From NCBI GenBank assembly GCA_016215625.1, contig JACRIW010000016.1, positions 6,025 through 70,024 on the forward strand: a DNA stretch of 64,000 nt, given 5' to 3'. Under the pieces are notes generated by a model. The model saw only the letters and a list, made by a program, of their open reading frames with translations, was not told the origin of the DNA and made no database searches. The DNA comes from Candidatus Eiseniibacteriota bacterium (lineage in GTDB: Bacteria; Eisenbacteria; RBG-16-71-46). How positions within the stretch are numbered: position 1 is the stretch's first letter; each line of letters begins with the position of its first letter. Made by a program: the position numbers and the translations under genes. Positions 54,946 through 64,000 of the stretch are shown in pieces.

Positions 54946-57765
54946 TCAACCTCCCCACGACAGCGACAACGACGCGCCGCGGCCGGTGCGGTAGCCCGAG
55001 ACTTCCTTGCCGCCCTGCAGCAGCTGGTGCTTCCCGTCGAGCAGGTTCTTGCCCGCGAGCTTGAGCCGCACGCCGTGACGGGCGACGAGGCTGAACGAGG
55101 CGTCGAGCGTCGAGTACGGCTGCTCGTACACGTCGGGCAGCGGCTGCATGCCGAGCGTGCGCAGGCGGCGGCCGTTCGCGGCGTAGAGCACCGAGAGATC
55201 GGCGTGCCCGGGCACGACCGCGTACGTGAGCGCGGCGTTCACGAGGTAGTTCGCCTGGCCCTGCAGCGGATGCTCCGTGCTGCCCGTGCGCGTGATCGCC
55301 GGCCGCAGCTTCAGCTTCGACGAGATGAGCGACGCATTCGTGTTGAGCGTGAAGCGCGACAGCCGCGGGTGGACGCGCGCGAGGCTCGTGCGCGCCTCGA
55401 GTTCGAGCCCGAGGTTGCGGCCGTGGTCGGAGTTCTCGGGCACGAGCATCGGCGGCGTGCCCGCGCGGATCACCTGCTCGATCGGGTCGTGCAGGCGCTT
55501 GAAGAACACTCCCGCGGCGAAGACCTCGGACAGCGCCGGGAACGCCTCCACGCGCAGGTCGTAGTTGTCGATCGTCGCGCGCTCGAGCTGCGGGTTGCCC
55601 GCGACGCGGTAGCCGCCCACGTATTCGAGCGCCGGGCTCGGCGACATCTCGTTCAGGTCGGGACGCGACAGGGTGCGGCTCGCGCCGAACTTCACGCCGA
55701 TCTGCCGGGTCGCGTTCCAGGTGAGGTTGACCGTGGGCAGCAGGTCCACGTCGTCGAGTGAGCCGCGTGCGGTGATCTTCGCCGGATCGAACAGGTCGAA
55801 CGTGCGCACGTCCTGCACGCCGTGCTCGAGGCGCACGCCGAAGTAGGCCTTCACGGCCGGCCCGAACGGCACGTCGAGCGACGCGTATCCGGCCTCGACG
55901 CGCTGGTCGGCGCGGTAGTTGTCGATGTCGAGCGTCGTCTCCTCGACATACCCGCCGCTCATCGTGCTGTCGAACTGCCCGCCCGCGAACAGCGACTCGG
56001 GCGGCGCGCCGTAGTCGCCGTTCTCGTTCGGATGGAGGTTGAAGCGGCGGTAGCCGTTCGCGCGCTGCTTCGTCTGGCGGTCGTAGCCGAACGCGAACTT
56101 GCCCTTTCCGAGCCGGCCGAAGCCGACCGGGAGTGAGCTCGCGAACGTCGTGCCCCAGCCGTCGTCACGCAGCTGGCCGAACTCGCGCAGCCCGTTCGAG
56201 CCGAGCAGCCAGTGTTCCGCGGGGCCGTTGCCGTCGTCCCACACCCAGCGGTCGTACGTGACCTCACGGCGGTCGGGCTGGTTCCGCTGGGCGCGCGAAC
56301 GCGTGAACTTCCACTCGAAGTGCAGCGCGCGAGCCTTCGGGAAGTCGTGCTTGCCCTCGACCGTTCCCGACAGCACGTCGCGCTGCACGTACATGAGGCG
56401 CGTGCTGCGATGCTGCAGCCAGTTGCCCTCGGAGTCGATGCGGTTGTGGTCGGGCCCCTCGTACGTGCGCACTTCGTCGTCGGCGTGGTTCGTGTAGAGG
56501 CCGCGCAGGTGCAGCTCGTGCGCAGGCGACAGCCGGTAGCTGAGCCCGGAGATGCCGCCCAGCTGCACGGACTCGGTCGAGCGGCGCACCGCGTAGTCGT
56601 ACAGCGTGTCGCTGCGGTCCATGAAGAAGCGCTGCGATTCGCGCTGCTCGTCGTAGGCGGTGGACAGGCTCCACGACTCGATCAGTCCGAGCGAGCGGCC
56701 GAACAGCTTGAACTCGTCGCCGTAGGTCATGGACCAGCTCGAGTTCGGGCGCGCATTCTCCGTGGTGGGCGTCCACACGTTGCGGAACGCGCCGGCGAGA
56801 TTCGCGACCACGGACTTGCGGAATCCGAGCGCAGGGTTGTTGCTCACGATCAGCCGGCGGTCGCCGATCACGTCGAGGATCGCGCCGGGCAGTTCGCGCG
56901 CGCCGGCGCCGAAGCCGAAGCGGTCGGCGTTCGTCGCGGCGTACGTGCGGCGCTCGCGGAACGTGACGCCCTCGGCCCAGCCCTGCGACACCGACAGCGA
57001 CCACGTGCGCGCGCCGGGAAAGTCGCGCGTGCGCACCTGCACGTCGCCCCCGCCGAACTCGCCGGGACGATCGGCCGTGTAGGTCTTCTGCACGACGATG
57101 TTCTCGAGCAGGTTCGCGGGCAGCAGGTCGAGCGGCACGACGCGGCGGTTCTGCTCGGGGCTCGCCAGGCGAACACCGTCCACTTCGGTCGAGCTGTAGC
57201 GCTCGCCGAGGCCGCGCACGAACACGTACTTGCCTTCGGACACCGAAAGGCCCGTCACGCGGCGCAGCACTTCGGCCGCGTCCTTGTCGGGCGAGCGGCG
57301 CACCTGCTCCGCGCTCACGGCGTCACCGACCACGGCGCTCCTGCGGCGCGCGGCGAGCAGCGCGTTCTCGGTGTTCTGGCGCAGGCGCGCCTCGACGAGC
57401 ACTTCCTTCTGCTCGATCGCCTGCGGCGTCAGCGTGACGACCATCTCGCGCATCGCGTCCGGCGAGATCAGCACGCCCTCGACGAGCTTGCGCGTGTACG
57501 CCATCGCGCGCACCTGCAGCCGGTACAGGCCCGGCTGGGCGACGAGCAGGAACGTGCCGTCCGCGTTCGTGAGCCCGCCGACGCGCTTGAGCGTCGTGTC
57601 GGACGGGATCAGCGACAGGTCGGCGTAGGCGACCGGTTCGCCGGTTTCGGAGGACACCAGCCGGCCCTGCACCTTTCCGAGCGCGGCCGCGCCGGCGATG
57701 CCGGCGAGCGATACCAACCCCAGGAGCAGCAGCGACAGGCACGACACGACCACACGATGCTTCAC
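54946..57765 (-). CDS. TonB-dependent outer-membrane receptor with an N-terminal carboxypeptidase-regulatory-like domain
   Basis: A GTG start has AGGAGG 6 nt upstream. A signal peptide precedes GKVQGRLVSSETGEPVAYADLSLIPSD (a CarbopepD_reg-like domain), then the plug DAAEVLRRVTGLSVSEGKYVFVRGLGERYS. A 22-strand barrel is inferred from the length. The C-terminal ...ASLSLSWGG is a TonB C-terminal-like motif. Confidence 0.75.
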   Translation of the reverse strand: MKHRVVVSCLSLLLLGLVSLAGIAGAAALGKVQGRLVSSETGEPVAYADLSLIPSDTTLKRVGGLTNADGTFLLVAQPGLYRLQVRAMAYTRKLVEGVLISPDAMREMVVTLTPQAIEQKEVLVEARLRQNTENALLAARRRSAVVGDAVSAEQVRRSPDKDAAEVLRRVTGLSVSEGKYVFVRGLGERYSSTEVDGVRLASPEQNRRVVPLDLLPANLLENIVVQKTYTADRPGEFGGGDVQVRTRDFPGARTWSLSVSQGWAEGVTFRERRTYAATNADRFGFGAGARELPGAILDVIGDRRLIVSNNPALGFRKSVVANLAGAFRNVWTPTTENARPNSSWSMTYGDEFKLFGRSLGLIESWSLSTAYDEQRESQRFFMDRSDTLYDYAVRRSTESVQLGGISGLSYRLSPAHELHLRGLYTNHADDEVRTYEGPDHNRIDSEGNWLQHRSTRLMYVQRDVLSGTVEGKHDFPKARALHFEWKFTRSRAQRNQPDRREVTYDRWVWDDGNGPAEHWLLGSNGLREFGQLRDDGWGTTFASSLPVGFGRLGKGKFAFGYDRQTKQRANGYRRFNLHPNENGDYGAPPESLFAGGQFDSTMSGGYVEETTLDIDNYRADQRVEAGYASLDVPFGPAVKAYFGVRLEHGVQDVRTFDLFDPAKITARGSLDDVDLLPTVNLTWNATRQIGVKFGASRTLSRPDLNEMSPSPALEYVGGYRVAGNPQLERATIDNYDLRVEAFPALSEVFAAGVFFKRLHDPIEQVIRAGTPPMLVPENSDHGRNLGLELEARTSLARVHPRLSRFTLNTNASLISSKLKLRPAITRTGSTEHPLQGQANYLVNAALTYAVVPGHADLSVLYAANGRRLRTLGMQPLPDVYEQPYSTLDASFSLVARHGVRLKLAGKNLLDGKHQLLQGGKEVSGYRTGRGASLSLSWGG

Positions 57766-57890
57766 GTACGACCTCCTCGATGGCGAATCACCGGAGCCCG
57801 GAACATCACGAGTGATCCCGGAGACGGCCGGGCGGCGACGGGTTCCGGGCCCGCCGCCGCGACCGGCCGCTCCGTGCATCACGGAGTGCG

Positions 57891-59642
57891 TCAGTCGATG
57901 CGCGTCAGCTTGCCCGTGGCCGTCTGGCCGCCGGCGCGCACCTTGTAGAAGTACATGCCGCTCGGCGTGCCGGCGGGCAGGCGCCAGACCAGCGAGTGCC
58001 GTCCCGCTTCCATCCGCGCGCCGTCCGCCATCGTGCTGACGAGGCGGCCGTCCGCGGAGTACACCTCGACCTTCACGTCCGACGCGGCCGGCAGCGTGAA
58101 GTTGAGCGCGACCTGGTCGCGGAACGGGTTCGGGGCGCTGGCCGACACGAGCACCTGGCCCGTCGCCATCGGCTCGGCCGAGAGCGCGCCCGGGCAGTAC
58201 ACCGGCAGCGCGGCCGGCACCGCCGCGCAGTGCGCCTGCAGCGTGGCGTTGTCGTCGATCTTCACGGCCGACGTCTTGAAGTTCGTGATGATCGAGTTCA
58301 CGAGCGTCGCGGCGGTGCCGCGGCGGAAGTTCGCGCCGGCCGCCGGGCCGGGGAACTGAGCGCCGGTGCGCTTGTCGCCGACGATCGTGAAGTTCGCGAG
58401 GAACGTGTTCGAGCGCCCCGCGCACTGCGTGGCGTTGAAATCGAACTCGTTGTCGTCCGCTTCGATGCCTTTGTCGCCGTTCTGCGTGCCGGACGGCGCG
58501 AAGCGCGGGCTCGGGCGGATGATCACGAACTGCGCGCGGTTGCGCGTGCCCATCTGCCAGTCGTAGCCGTCGTCGGTGCCGTCGGTGGCGACGAGGTGCT
58601 TCTGGTCCATCGCGCCGCCGAACCACTCGAACGAGTCGTCCGCGCCCATGTACGCCTGCAGGTAGTCGCCCTTCGTGTTGCGGCCGGCCGCGCACCACGT
58701 GAAGGAGTTCAGCTCGTTGTTGGGCGTGATCTCCTTGCCCGCGAACTCGACGCGCACGTAGCGCAGCGCGCCCGAGCAGTCGTTGTCGTCGTTGCCGCCG
58801 TAGTAGCCGACCGCGCCACCCTCGGTGGCCGCGGAGTCACCGGCGCACGAGTTCACGAGGTTGGTCTTCGCCCGGCCGTTGATCACGAGACCGCCGCAGC
58901 GGCCGCGCGTGAACGTGCCGGGAGCGTCATCCGAGGTGATGATGATGGGCTCGCACTTGTTGCCGACGGCCCAGAGCTGCCCGCCGCGCTCGACGATGAT
59001 CGTGCCCAGCGTGGCGTTTTCCTCGAAGATCACGACGCCCGGAGCGACCGTGAGCGAGGCCTGGTCCTTGATGCGCAGCTGGCCGCGCACGAAGTAGTTC
59101 GAGTCGGGACCGAAGTACTGCTTGCCGAGGATCTTCACGTTGTCGTACACGGCGAGCGGGCGCGGGTTCGGCATGCCGGCGAGGTGCAGGTCCTGGCGGT
59201 TCGCGCCGGTCGAGTCCCAGTACGTCCAGCCTTCGGTCCAATCCAGACCGGGGCCCATCGCGCCGACGTAGCACGTCTGCTCGAAGAAGCCGTCGTGCGG
59301 CAGCGTGAGCGCGCCCGTGTACGCGGGGCTGCCCATGCCGGGCTGGAAGCTGGGGCGCACACCCGGCAGGTAGGGCGCGGTCGGCAGCAGCGGATCGGCG
59401 TAGCTGTTGTGCGTGAAGGTCACCGTGGCGATCTGCGCCGGCGTGAGGCCGATGCAGAGCGGACCGGTCGAGGTCGTGCCCGTGAACTGCCCGGCGAGCG
59501 TCCCCGACGCGTTGTTGTTGAAGACGAGATTGCCGTCGATCAGCAGCTGCGCCGACGCGACGCCCGCCGTGCAGGCGAGCAGCGCGGCGGCGGCGATGCC
59601 GCGACGCAGAAGTCCGAGTCCGTGGTCTGCAACGAAACGCAT
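57891..59642 (-). CDS. Secreted right-handed beta-helix-like hypothetical protein with a C-terminal T9SS sorting domain
   Basis: A signal peptide is present. The body is Gly/Asn/Thr-rich. The C-terminus GMYFYKVRAGGQTATGKLTRID is a T9SS CTD. Confidence 0.55.
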   Translation of the reverse strand: MRFVADHGLGLLRRGIAAAALLACTAGVASAQLLIDGNLVFNNNASGTLAGQFTGTTSTGPLCIGLTPAQIATVTFTHNSYADPLLPTAPYLPGVRPSFQPGMGSPAYTGALTLPHDGFFEQTCYVGAMGPGLDWTEGWTYWDSTGANRQDLHLAGMPNPRPLAVYDNVKILGKQYFGPDSNYFVRGQLRIKDQASLTVAPGVVIFEENATLGTIIVERGGQLWAVGNKCEPIIITSDDAPGTFTRGRCGGLVINGRAKTNLVNSCAGDSAATEGGAVGYYGGNDDNDCSGALRYVRVEFAGKEITPNNELNSFTWCAAGRNTKGDYLQAYMGADDSFEWFGGAMDQKHLVATDGTDDGYDWQMGTRNRAQFVIIRPSPRFAPSGTQNGDKGIEADDNEFDFNATQCAGRSNTFLANFTIVGDKRTGAQFPGPAAGANFRRGTAATLVNSIITNFKTSAVKIDDNATLQAHCAAVPAALPVYCPGALSAEPMATGQVLVSASAPNPFRDQVALNFTLPAASDVKVEVYSADGRLVSTMADGARMEAGRHSLVWRLPAGTPSGMYFYKVRAGGQTATGKLTRID

Positions 59643-59994
59643 GTGACCTCCCGAAGGTGTGATTCGCCTGCTGCCGAGCGTGTGAGGCGCCGTCTCGTCC
59701 GCGTTTCGGGCCCAGCCAAGCCCTCCGGGCGGATTCGACGACGTGGGGCGAAGAAGCGGCGGCGTGCGGGGTGCGGTGCGGGCGGCGCCGTGGGTGCGAG
59801 CCTTGTCGGGAGAGCGCCTGCCGTGTCGTGGTCACCGCTTCTTCGTGACGGGGGACACGCTACGGACGGGGGTGGTCCCGCCGCGTGACCGCGAAGTGAA
59901 CGCTCCCGCAAATGAGCGTGAACGCCGTGTGTCGGCGATTGCCGCAACTCCGCGTGCTTGACGCGACCGGCGCGCGTCAGGAGACTGCCGCGCC

Positions 59995-60945
59995 ATGACC
60001 TCCAAGACCTCGAAGACCCGCCGGGCCGCGAAGCCCTCGTCCTCTTCCGTGCGCGTCGCGATCACGCAGATGGCGTGCTCCGCCGACGTCCGCGCGAACC
60101 GCGCGAAGCAGCTGCACCTGCTCGAGAAGGCCGCGAAGGGCGGCGCGAAGATCCTGTGCACGCAGGAACTGTTCGCGAGCCAGTACTTCTGCCAGAGCGA
60201 GGAGCACCGGTTCTTCTCGCTCGCCGAGAGCATCCCGGGGCCGAGCACCGACGCGTTCTGCAAGCTCGCGAAGAAGCACAAGGCGGTGATCGTCGCGAGC
60301 CTGTTCGAGAAGCGCGCGAAGGGCCTCTACCACAACACCGCGGCGGTCATCGACGCCGACGGCTCGCTCATGGGCGTGTACCGCAAGATGCACATCCCGG
60401 ACGATCCGCTCTTCTACGAGAAGTTCTACTTCACGCCAGGCGACACCGGCTTCAAGGCGTGGAAGACGAAGCACGCGCAGATCGGCGTGCTCATCTGCTG
60501 GGACCAGTGGTATCCCGAGGGCGCGCGCCTCACCGCGATGCAGGGCGCCGAGATCCTCTTCTACCCGACCGCGATCGGCTGGCACCCGTCCGAGAAGAAG
60601 CAGTACGGCAAGGCGCAGCACGAGTCGTGGGAACTCATCCAGCGCTCGCACGCCGTCGCGAACGGCTGCTACGTGTGCGCGCCGAACCGCATCGGGCACG
60701 AACACGTGCTCGGTGAGGACGGCAAGCCGGTGAGCAAGGACGGCCTGCAGTTCTGGGGACAGTCATTCATCTGCGCGCCGGACGGGCAGGTCGAGCACCG
60801 CGCGTCGGTGGACCGCGAGCAGATCCTCGCGGCCGACCTCGACCTCGCGCGCGTCGAGTTCTCGCGCACGCACTGGCCGTTCCTGCGCGACCGCCGCGTG
60901 GACGCGTACGGCGGGCTCGTGCGCCGCTTCGGCGACGAAGGCTGA
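59995..60945 (+). CDS. aguB: N-carbamoylputrescine amidase (carbon-nitrogen hydrolase family)
   Basis: The CN-hydrolase triad context is ...LCTQELF (Glu), ...YRKMHIP (Lys) and ...GVLICWDQWYPE (Cys). High similarity to AguB-type enzymes is inferred from the pattern. It lies directly adjacent to the agmatine deiminase gene. Confidence 0.75.
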   Translation: MTSKTSKTRRAAKPSSSSVRVAITQMACSADVRANRAKQLHLLEKAAKGGAKILCTQELFASQYFCQSEEHRFFSLAESIPGPSTDAFCKLAKKHKAVIVASLFEKRAKGLYHNTAAVIDADGSLMGVYRKMHIPDDPLFYEKFYFTPGDTGFKAWKTKHAQIGVLICWDQWYPEGARLTAMQGAEILFYPTAIGWHPSEKKQYGKAQHESWELIQRSHAVANGCYVCAPNRIGHEHVLGEDGKPVSKDGLQFWGQSFICAPDGQVEHRASVDREQILAADLDLARVEFSRTHWPFLRDRRVDAYGGLVRRFGDEG

Positions 60946-62024
60946 TGGCCGCGCGCGCGCGCAAGCCGCTGACCGGCACGCCGAAGTCGCACGGCTACAC
61001 GTTCCCCGCCGAGTGGGAGAAGCAGTCGGCGGTGTGGTTCTCGTGGCCGCGCCCCGAAGGCATCTCGTTCCCGGGCAAGTACCACACGGTGCCGGGCAAC
61101 CTCGCCGCGATCGTCGCCGAGATCGTGCGGCGCGAGCACGTGCACGTGATCGTGCCGAACGAGAACTGGGAGTTCATCGTGCGCCAGCAGCTCGCGGCGT
61201 ACGACTGCCCCACGCGGCGCGTGCGCTTCTTCCACGCGCCGACCAACGAGTGCTGGTGCCGCGATCACGGTCCGGCGTTCGTGACGCGTAAGGGCCGCGG
61301 CGGCGCGAAGCAGACCGCGATCGTGGACTGGGGCTACAACGCCTGGGGCGGCAAGTACCCGCCGTTCGACGCCGACGACGCCGTGCCCACGCATCTCGCC
61401 GCGCAGCTGAAGCTGCCGCTGTTCCGCACGGACGTGGTCATGGAGGGCGGCGCGGTGGACTTCAACGGCGTCGGCTGTGTGCTCACCACGGAGAGCGTAC
61501 TGCTGAACGAGAACCGCAATCCCGGCATGAGCCGCAAGCAGGTCGAGAAGACGCTGTGCGAGTGGTACGGGCAGGAGAAGGTGCTGTGGCTCGGCGAGGG
61601 CATCGAGGGCGACGACACCGACGGCCACGTGGACGACCTCGCGCGCTTCCTCGATCCGCGCACGATCGTGACGGCGGTCGAGGACGACCCGCGCGACCCG
61701 AATCACAAGGTGCTGAAGGAGAACCTGCGCCGGCTGAAGACGCTGCGCGATCTCTCCGGGCGGCCGTTCGACCTCGTGACGATCCCGATGCCGAAGCGGA
61801 TCGAGTACGACGGCCAGCGCCTGCCGGCCACGTACCTGAACTTCCTGTTCGTGAACGGCGCGGTGCTCGTGCCGACGTTCCGCGACCGGAAGACCGAACG
61901 CGTCGCGCTCGCGACGATCTCGAAGGCGCTGCCGAAGCACGACGTGATCGGCATCGACTGCACCGAACTCATCTGGGGCCTCGGCGCGATTCACTGCCTG
62001 AGCCAGCAGCAGCCGAAGGGCTGA
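60945..62024 (+). CDS. aguA: Agmatine deiminase
   Basis: ...VWFSWP..., ...CWCRDHGP..., ...EGGAVDFNGVG... and ...GDDTDGHVDDLARF...GLGAIHC (catalytic Cys near the C-terminus) are porphyromonas-type peptidylarginine/agmatine deiminase motifs. It overlaps the aguB stop by 1 nt. Confidence 0.8.
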   Translation: MAARARKPLTGTPKSHGYTFPAEWEKQSAVWFSWPRPEGISFPGKYHTVPGNLAAIVAEIVRREHVHVIVPNENWEFIVRQQLAAYDCPTRRVRFFHAPTNECWCRDHGPAFVTRKGRGGAKQTAIVDWGYNAWGGKYPPFDADDAVPTHLAAQLKLPLFRTDVVMEGGAVDFNGVGCVLTTESVLLNENRNPGMSRKQVEKTLCEWYGQEKVLWLGEGIEGDDTDGHVDDLARFLDPRTIVTAVEDDPRDPNHKVLKENLRRLKTLRDLSGRPFDLVTIPMPKRIEYDGQRLPATYLNFLFVNGAVLVPTFRDRKTERVALATISKALPKHDVIGIDCTELIWGLGAIHCLSQQQPKG

Positions 62025-62127
62025 CGCGCTTCGCGAGAAACGACAGCGCCCCGCGACGGCGGACCGTCGCGGGGCGTGATTGTTTCCACAGGCAGGGGCC
62101 GCGGCCTCCGGCCGCGTGTGCTCGGCG

Positions 62128-63501
62128 CTACTCCCCGCCCTTCGCCTGCGCGGCCGCGGGCGAGACGTCCTTCTTCTTCGCCGCTTTCGCCGCGTTCGTC
62201 TCGCGCATCGCCTTCGCGAGCGACTTGTCGAACAGGTGGATCTGCGGCGGCTCGTCGGCGATCAGGTACTCGAACTCGTCGCGGTACTCGTCGAGGTTCA
62301 TGCCCGCCGTCGCGGCGAAGCGCGCGAGCTCGTGCTCGTCCTCGAAGTCGTCGCGGCGCAGACGGATCATGTAGCGGCGCGCGATCGCGTAGCGCGTCGA
62401 GTGGATGTCCACCATGCGCGTCTTCGCGCGGCCCGTCACGGGGTCGAGCAGGTCCACGAACGGAATCGGCACGAACTGACCGGCCTGCATGGACACGAGC
62501 GCGGCGCTGCCGCCGTCGAGCAGGTACTTGGTCGCGCAGTAGCCGAGGTCGCGCGTGTACTCCATGTCGTTCGGGATCGGATCGGCGCAGCGCAGCTCGT
62601 AGCCGATGTTCTTCTCGACGATCGTCGTCGCGATGTTGAACTCCTTGAGACGCTTCTGCACCGCGCGCTTGAGCATCTCGCCGATGTTCACCTCGGCGAT
62701 GCGGACGTGGCCGTGCGCGTCGCGCTCGACGTCGTCGAAGTTCTCGAAGTCCTGCGGGTCGATGCTCAGCACGACGCCCTCGGCGATCACCGCGACGCCG
62801 TCGCGGCGGCCGTACGCGAGACGCTTGATGATCGCGGACACGAGCGTGTCCACGAGCGTCTTGAGGCGGATCGGCTGCGTCTTGAACTCCTCGGGGATCA
62901 GCGTGAGCGTCGCGCCCGCGGCCTTGCCGATGCCGAGCGCGAGGTGACCGGCCTTGCGGCCCATCGCGATGATGAAGTACCAGCGCGACGTGGTCTTCGC
63001 GTCCACCATGATGTTCTTGACGATCTCGACGCCGTGATGACGCGCGGTCTGGTAACCGAACGTGTCCACGTACGACGGCAGGTCGAGGTCGTTGTCGATG
63101 GACTTGGGCACGTGCACGACGTTGATGCGTCCGGCCGCCTTCTTCTCGACCATCATGGCGCTGAACGCGGTGTCGTCGCCGCCGATCGTGACGAGGTCGG
63201 TGACGCCCAGGCGCAGCAGCGACAGCACGACGTTCTCGAGGTACTCGGGCTTGGTCGTCGGGTTCGCGCGCGAGATGCCGATGTGCGAGCCGCCGCGGAA
63301 GTGGATGCGCGAGATGGCGTCGATCGTGAGCGGGCGCGCGTGATCGATGTTGCCCTGCATGAGCCACTCGAAGCCGTCCTCGATGCCGAGCACGTCCACG
63401 CCTTCGAGCAGCGCGCGAATGGTGCAGGCGGCGATGACACTGTTGATGCCGGGGGCGGGACCGCCGCCCACGAGGATCGCGAGTTTCTTGCGGTGCGTCA
63501 T
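62128..63501 (-). CDS. pfkA: 6-phosphofructokinase (PFK-A family; ATP- or PPi-dependent not resolvable)
   Basis: The M55 start gives MTHRKKLAILVGGGPAPGINSVIAAC...IGGDDT...HVPKSIDNDL...MGRKAGHLAL. GGAG lies upstream. Confidence 0.8.
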   Translation of the reverse strand: MTHRKKLAILVGGGPAPGINSVIAACTIRALLEGVDVLGIEDGFEWLMQGNIDHARPLTIDAISRIHFRGGSHIGISRANPTTKPEYLENVVLSLLRLGVTDLVTIGGDDTAFSAMMVEKKAAGRINVVHVPKSIDNDLDLPSYVDTFGYQTARHHGVEIVKNIMVDAKTTSRWYFIIAMGRKAGHLALGIGKAAGATLTLIPEEFKTQPIRLKTLVDTLVSAIIKRLAYGRRDGVAVIAEGVVLSIDPQDFENFDDVERDAHGHVRIAEVNIGEMLKRAVQKRLKEFNIATTIVEKNIGYELRCADPIPNDMEYTRDLGYCATKYLLDGGSAALVSMQAGQFVPIPFVDLLDPVTGRAKTRMVDIHSTRYAIARRYMIRLRRDDFEDEHELARFAATAGMNLDEYRDEFEYLIADEPPQIHLFDKSLAKAMRETNAAKAAKKKDVSPAAAQAKGGE

Positions 63502-63701
63502 GATGCTCTCCGTCGGGGATGTGCGCGCGGCGGCGGGGACGGCTTCGCGCGCGGGTGTTTGTCGCGTCACGGCGCAGACTGCCGCAGCGCGGCGCACGTG
63601 GCAAACGCGTGTTTCATGGAAATGTCCGCTCCAGCCGCGGCGAAAACGCGAACGGCGCGCCACCGGAGGGCGGCGCGCCGCTCGACTTTGTTCGGCAGGC
63701 T

Positions 63702-64000
63702 TCAGGCCTTCGACGCCACCGTGCGCGAAAGGCGCGCGAACGCCTCGCCGAGCCCCTCGTGCAGCGCCTTCACATCGTCCGCCTTCCAGACCGACGGTTC
63801 GACGCGCACGAACGTGGTCTTGTCCTTGCGGTTGTCGAAACGCGCCACGGGCAGGTAGCGCACCGAGCCGCGCGAGGTGAACTTCACGGTGTCCGGCTTG
63901 TCGGACTGCTGGATCAGGTACTCCATGTCGTCGCAGCCGTAGTCGCCGAGCATCACCGCGATCGGCACACCGTGGTGCAGGATCGAGCCCGGATCGTTCG
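63702..64000 (-). CDS. C-terminal fragment of an unidentified protein, truncated at window edge
   Basis: The frame is open to the window end and reads ...NDPGSILHHGVPIAVMLGDYGCDDMEYLIQQSDKPDTVKFTSRGSVRYLPVARFDNRKDKTTFVRVEPSVWKADDVKALHEGLGEAFARL. Its composition is not shadow-like. Identity was not recognised. Confidence 0.35.
   Translation of the reverse strand, partial: NDPGSILHHGVPIAVMLGDYGCDDMEYLIQQSDKPDTVKFTSRGSVRYLPVARFDNRKDKTTFVRVEPSVWKADDVKALHEGLGEAFARLSRTVASKA

Noticed and set aside
1-64000. CRISPR arrays, tRNA/rRNA genes, IS elements or integrases flanking the defence island
   Set aside because: No direct-repeat/spacer periodicity, cloverleaf-like tRNA sequence or transposase/integrase-like ORF was seen. 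The island appears to lack obvious mobility genes within this window.

Overview
This 64 kb window is very GC-rich (about 70%). Most entries in the six-frame ORF track are antisense or out-of-frame shadows of real genes. Three secreted proteins carry type IX secretion (T9SS) C-terminal sorting domains, and there is a TonB-dependent receptor with a carboxypeptidase-regulatory-like N-terminal domain, which suggests a Gemmatimonadota/FCB-group-like genome; this is inference from sequence content only.

The main feature is a defence island of about 21 kb on the minus strand, 3946-24728. It contains a complete class-1-type DISARM gene set: an SNF2 helicase DrmD, an N6-adenine methyltransferase DrmMI, a DExH helicase DrmA, a DUF1998 protein DrmB and a PLD-family protein DrmC. 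Adjacent genes are tightly spaced: three pairs share 4-nt ATGA/GTGA stop-start overlaps, one pair sits in a 17-bp overlap, and another pair sits about 50 bp apart.

The DISARM operon is interrupted between drmMI and drmA by about 7 kb of extra genes. These are a 1141-aa all-alpha-helical protein of unknown function lying about 50 bp downstream of drmMI, an NHL-repeat secreted protein, and a two-gene HTH regulator plus nucleotidyltransferase module resembling AbiEi/AbiEii. A dense array of GCAACA/TGTTGC palindromes sits upstream of the regulator gene.

A second notable item is a 73-codon SelW/Rdx-like gene at 32294-32515 with an in-frame TGA at the CxxU redox motif. This is a putative selenoprotein that the ORF track splits. 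It is followed by a perfect 10-bp-stem terminator hairpin.

The rest of the window is housekeeping and envelope genes. These include a partial mutY, moaA, murB, a hydroxyacyl-CoA dehydrogenase (hbd)-ackA pair, aguB-aguA polyamine genes, a 6-phosphofructokinase gene (pfk), a flotillin-like gene, an S8 protease, an S9 peptidase, a diheme cytochrome c, a macro-domain protein and a MarR regulator. No tRNA, rRNA or CRISPR array was seen.
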